Shown piece after piece: positions 8,173 to 12,010 of a DNA stretch of 12,010 bases. A program made the position numbers and the translations under genes. The DNA comes from Octopus sinensis (lineage: Eukaryota), in assembly GCF_006345805.1 (NCBI RefSeq), contig NW_021826769.1:1-12010 (forward strand). Reading direction: 5' to 3'. Below the pieces are notes generated by a model. That model ran no database searches and was not told where the DNA came from. It saw only the letters and a program-made list of their open reading frames with translations. Within the stretch, counting starts at the first letter, position 1, and each line of letters begins with the position of its first letter.

Positions 8173-8224
8173 GTGTCTTGGTTGTGTGTATAATATTGTA
8201 TAATATTACATGCCATCAATCAAT

Positions 8225-8374
8225 CTGGCAACCTGGCCAGTCCGCCACTGTGGTTACATCATCTTGGATGTGCCTACTTTTGTCGAGGTTCCACGTTGAA
8301 ACACACTCTTTGGTTGGTTGTCTACGTATAGTGTGAAATATACATGTAAACGTGTGTTTGAAATGTGTGTATGA
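8225..8374 (+). repeat. Direct repeat of 8673-8825: orphan hAT right end plus about 125 bp of flank
   Basis: About 90% identical to 8673-8825 (about 15 substitutions and 2 indels by eye); offset 448-451 bp. Confidence 0.95.
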
Positions 8375-8412
8375 TGCCAGCTCTGACATCAGAGACTTTG
8401 GACAGGGTTACA

Positions 8413-8698
8413 CAGTGGCGGACTGGGTCTAAGAATACTGGTTGCCAGAAGACTAAGGGGGCCCACCAGCAACTACAGTGCTACCATTTTATTTTTTTTT
8501 TATGTTAAAAGTATTCTTTTCAATTATTTACAAACACAGCCAGCCTGAAATAATGCATTCTTGCAGGAGTGAATAAAAATTCTCAAACTTGATGGGATGG
8601 TTCCTTAGATACTAACATGGGTGCCCATATGTGGATTCTAATGGCGCAGGGGCCCACTTGCCATCGGGGAAAGCTGGCAACCTGGCCAGTCCACCACT
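8413..8698. mobile_element. Non-autonomous hAT-type MITE, 286 bp
   Basis: TIRs CAGTGGCGGACTGG (8413-8426) and CCAGTCCACCACTG (8685-8698), 13/14. Subterminal IR GGTTGCCAG/CTGGCAACC and GGGGCCCAC motifs near both ends. TSD GGGTTACA (8405-8412) recurs at 8700-8707 after one extra G. Confidence 0.88.
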
Positions 8699-8810
8699 GG
8701 GGTTACATCATCTTCGGTGTGCCTACTCCTGTCGAAGTTCTACGTTGAAACACCCGCTTTGCTTGGTTGTCTACGTATAGTGTGAATTATGCGTGTAAAT
8801 GTGTGTCTTT

Positions 8811-8875
8811 GAAATGTGTGTATGAAATGTGTGAGCGAAATGCGTGTATAAAATCTGTCGGTGAAATGCGATGCG
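8811..8875 (+). repeat. 13-bp minisatellite, about 5 degenerate units (GAAATGTGTGTAT)
   Basis: Units start at 8811, 8824, 8837, 8850 and 8863. Confidence 0.8.
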
Positions 8876-9010
8876 CACAGTAGAGTATGAAGTGTGTGCG
8901 TGGTAAGACAGTTACTCACACCGTATACACTCTTCATGTGTACGACACGAAATATCTGGTGGGGGTGCGGTAGGTATATGATGGAAGGCATTGTGGGATA
9001 TGTATGTATT

Positions 9011-9227
9011 TGATGGTGGTGGTAGTGGTGGTGGTGGTGGTGGTGGTGGTGGTGGTGGGGTGGTGGTGGTAGTGGTGGTGGTGGTTGTAGTAGTAGTGAA
9101 CTGATGTTTTAGTGTTGATGCTGACGGTGTTGGTACTGGTAGTGGTGATAGTGGTGGTAGTGGTGGTGATGGTGGTGGTCGTCGTGGTCATGGTAGAACT
9201 GGTGGTGGTGGTGGTGGTGGTGGTGGT
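9011..9227 (+). repeat. (GGT)n/(AGT)n trinucleotide tract
   Basis: Read directly; opposite orientation to the (CCA)n domain at 712-2750. Confidence 0.95.
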
Positions 9228-9420
9228 ATGTGTATGTGTTTGGTGGAATGAGTTAGAGTGAGTAATGGGTGAAGTATGACGAAACGTTCGTGCTGTGCAT
9301 AAGGGTTCGCGTGATGTGCGGAGTGGCTGGTGAGGGGTGAGGGTCAAAGGGTTAGCGATGCTGTTGGCCAGGAGACGAACCTGTGTGCGCTGAGGGTGCG
9401 TGAAAAATATCAGAGCATGT

Positions 9421-9635
9421 GGGCGAGGGTATCAGGGTGGGGGGATAATTATGCAAGTGTGAGTGGAAGGATCCGTTCTGAGCAATAAAGCTGCAATGAT
9501 GAGATACACGGGGCCACGGGACGGGTATTGAAAGGTTACGGGGAGGGAAATGGGTGCAAGGGTGTGGCCCGCTACTGATGTAGGGCCAAAAGATGCTGCT
9601 CTCTTTGGGCATTAGGGCATTACGAGGGCATAGGG
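9421..9635 (+). other. Cluster of three G-quadruplex motifs
   Basis: 9421-9444 (loops 3,5,1), 9541-9562 (loops 1,4,5), 9607-9635 (loops 5,8,4). Motif match only. Confidence 0.55.
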
Positions 9636-9692
9636 ATGTGAGGCGCATGTATGTAAGCATGTCGCTGGTGTATTTGGATGTGCACGTGTATC

Positions 9693-9694
<2 letters not shown>

Positions 9695-9756
<62 letters not shown>

Positions 9757-9766
9757 TGTGTGTGTG
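9695..9766 (+). repeat. (TG)29 TT (TG)6
   Basis: Read directly. Confidence 0.97.
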
Positions 9767-9985
9767 CATGTTAATGCATGCTTAATTGTTTGTGTGATTG
9801 CGTGACTGCGAGTTATTGCAACAAGGACTTTGTGTCGAAACTTAGCGAGTATATATACATATATACATGCATACGTTTATGTATGTGTATATGTGTATGT
9901 GTGTGCGTGTACATATATGGATATGTATATAAACATATAAGAAATACATATTTATAGATGTTTAGGTGTGGTGTACGTGTGTATA

Positions 9986-9990
<5 letters not shown>

Positions 9991-10074
<84 letters not shown>

Positions 10075-10158
10075 CATATACATATATATATATCATATTT
10101 ATATACATATTATATATATATATATATACATATAAATATACATATTATATATATATAT
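9991..10158 (+). repeat. (AC)21-(AT)19 followed by imperfect (AT)n
   Basis: Read directly. Confidence 0.97.
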
Positions 10159-10306
10159 GGTGTAGCTGTGTGGTAAGTAGCTTGCTTTCCAACCACATGG
10201 TTCCTGGTTCAGTCCCACTGCGTACCACCTTAGGCAAGTGTCTTCTACTGTAGCCTCGAGTCGACTAAAGTGTCCGCCTACCAAATCCACTCACAAGTCT
10301 TCGTCG
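10159..10306 (+). mobile_element. tRNA-derived SINE family B, copy 1, with its last 36 bp inverted
   Basis: A-box-like TAGCTGTGTGG and B-box-like GGTTCAGTCCC. 10159-10270 is the reverse complement of copy 3, but 10270-10297 matches copy 3 on the same strand. Confidence 0.88.
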
Positions 10307-10318
10307 CATTCTTTAGCT

Positions 10319-10529
10319 CAGTGGATCTCAGCCGGGGGTCCAAATGACTCTTATGGGTTCATATGACCCTTAGGGGCCGATATGACCCTTAGGGATCTAT
10401 ACAAGATGTTTTCTGTTCAAATTTACTTGCAATTGAGCGGTCATACCTGTACAATACACAAAGCAGATAATTATTTCTATACAATCCCTAATAATATTTT
10501 ATTACAAAAATACAGTAAGACTTGTTATA
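10319..10529. mobile_element. Probable left part of a third hAT (Charlie-like) MITE
   Basis: Starts CAGTGGATCTCAGCCGGGGGTCC (Charlie-type end CAGTGGTTCTCAACC), preceded by CTTTAGCT. Putative right end at 11378-11392. Confidence 0.6.
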
Positions 10530-10530
10530 C

Positions 10531-10654
10531 GCAGCGATGGCGTGGCTGTGCGGCAAAACGTTTGCTTCCTGACTACATGGATCTGGGTTCAGTCTCACTT
10601 CGTGGCACCTAGGAAAAATGCCTCTGTGAGTGGATTTGGTAAACAGAGGTGAAA
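10531..10654 (+). mobile_element. SINE family B, copy 2 head (internal deletion of about 30 bp)
   Basis: Aligns to copies 1 and 3; tgcctct is joined to gtgagtggatttggta, skipping the actatag...aaag segment. Confidence 0.82.
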
Positions 10655-10696
10655 TGTACACACACACAAATTCATAAATACATAAACACACACATA

Positions 10697-10859
10697 CGAC
10701 GGACTTCTTTCAGTTTCCGCGTACCAACTCCACTCACAAGACTTTGGTCTGCCCAAGACTATAACAGAAGACACTTGCCCAAGTTGCCACGCAGTGGAAC
10801 TGAACCCAGAACTATGTGGTTAGTAAGCAAGCTACTTACTACACAGCCACTACTGCGCC
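10697..10859 (-). mobile_element. SINE family B, copy 3 (complete head)
   Basis: Minus strand GGCGCAGTAGTGGCTGTGTAGTAAG...GGGTTCAGTTCCACTGCG...GTGAGTGGAGTTGGTACGCGGAAACTGAAAGAAGTCCGTCG. Confidence 0.9.
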
Positions 10860-10890
<31 letters not shown>

Positions 10891-10928
10891 CACACATACA
10901 AATATATACATATTATAATCACACTCAG

Positions 10929-10962
<34 letters not shown>

Positions 10963-11110
10963 GGTGTATATATATATGTATATATAATATATATATATAT
11001 ATATTATATATATATATATATATTATATATATATATATATTATATATATATATATATACGTATATGTATATTGTATGTAAGTGTGTATGTGTGTGTGTGT
11101 TTGTGTTTGC
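10860..11110. repeat. (TA)n/(CA)n/(TG)n microsatellite field
   Basis: Read directly. Confidence 0.95.
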
Positions 11111-11311
11111 GTTTGTCACCCAACACTGCTTGACAACCTCCGTAACTTAACCCTTCGACCAAAGGATATCGATAGAATAACTACCAGGCTTAAAAAGAAA
11201 ATATGTACAGTGGTCGATTCGTTAGACCAACTTCGAAATGCTTGCAGGTGGTGCCCCAGCGTGGCCGCAGTCTTATGACAGTAACACGTAAGAGATTGCA
11301 AGATTAAAAGA
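11100..11311 (+). mobile_element. Probable 3' body and tail of SINE family B
   Basis: Shares a domain with SINE A (tcgatagaataactacca...gtggtcgatt vs tcgataaataaatacca...gaggtcgatc) and ends in an A-rich tail. Assignment to family B rests on my recollection of the family structure. Confidence 0.6.
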
Positions 11312-11392
11312 AGTGAATGGCAACGGATGCGTTGTAGATTAAAACTGGAATGAAAAGGGATCCATTGGCAAGAATATGGTTGAGAAGCACGG
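11312..11392. mobile_element. Putative right part of the hAT MITE starting at 10319
   Basis: GGTTGAGAAGCACGG (11378-11392) vs reverse complement of the left end GGCTGAGATCCACTG, 11/15. Subterminal GGGATCCA resembles left GGGGTCCA. Flanking 8-mers do not match. Confidence 0.45.
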
Positions 11393-11581
11393 TTCGAACA
11401 CAAGGAACTATGCAAATCGCTACACAACACCTCCACCACACAACCCCATAGAAACCACACCAGACCCCCCACACACGCACGCACACACTAGCCTTGTCTC
11501 TATCCTCATGATCCTCTAAATTACAATAATCAGTAATGCTCATCTCTCGACGCCATCTTTGCTATCCTTCTCAAACGAAAA

Positions 11582-11945
11582 GACAAACAGACAGACAGAC
11601 AGACAGATCTGAAGCAATTGTTCTTGTTTTTGTTTTTTTGGTGTTTTGTTTGTTCTTGTTGTTATTGTTGTTGTGATGCTGTTGCTGTTGTGATGTCGTT
11701 GTTATTGTTGTTGTTGTTGTGCATATTTATTTCCTTGTTCTTTTTTTATCGATGCTAATTTTCCATTTTTTTGTTTGTGTGTGTGTTGTTGAGTCGTTGT
11801 TGATGATGATGTGTGGTTTTTGTTGTTAATGTTATGCGTTGTTTGTTTGTTTGTTTGTTGGTTCGTTGGTTGGTTTTCTTTTGTTGTGATGTTGTTGTAT
11901 TGTTGTTGTTGTTGTTATTGTTTTATGTGTTGGATTTGTGTTTTT
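11582..11945 (+). repeat. (GACA)n followed by a degenerate (TTG)n/(GTTT)n tract
   Basis: Read directly. Confidence 0.9.
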
Positions 11946-12010
11946 TCAGTGCTGTGCCTGTCCGTCTCTTGCATGTTCATTGATGCGTGTCAATGCTTGA
12001 ACAGAAGACT

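Noticed and set aside
8225-8825. Direct repeats as possible LTRs or CRISPR-like repeats
   Set aside because: No TG...CA ends, PBS or PPT; only two copies; the repeat starts inside a hAT end. No regular repeat-spacer array exists anywhere in the window.
9607-9635. TTAGGG-like units as an interstitial telomere
   Set aside because: Only one exact TTAGGG, no tandem array.

Overview
Eukaryotic, essentially non-coding window (intronic or intergenic), very probably from an octopus-type coleoid cephalopod. That assignment rests on my recollection of the SINE families and on the microsatellite density; I ran no search. I found no supportable protein-coding gene, rRNA, true tRNA or CRISPR array, and nearly all listed ORFs are translations of simple repeats. 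Contents: (i) large simple-repeat tracts; (ii) three tRNA-derived SINE families (A: five copies at 7136-8172; B: three heads at 10159-10859 plus a probable tail at about 11100-11311; C: one copy at 4297-4587); (iii) two non-autonomous hAT elements with TIRs and TSDs (3519-3796, 8413-8698) and a probable third split by nested SINEs (10319-11392); (iv) a Penelope-like fragment with a degenerate hammerhead-ribozyme motif (4094-4129, minus strand). The most unusual items are a 172-bp palindromic element with perfect 44-bp arms, no TSD and two internal hairpins (4766-4937); an orphan duplicated hAT end plus flank (8225-8374); and two SINE copies with micro-inversions bounded by short inverted duplications. 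I see no evidence of a multi-gene novel system. All alignments and counts were done by eye.
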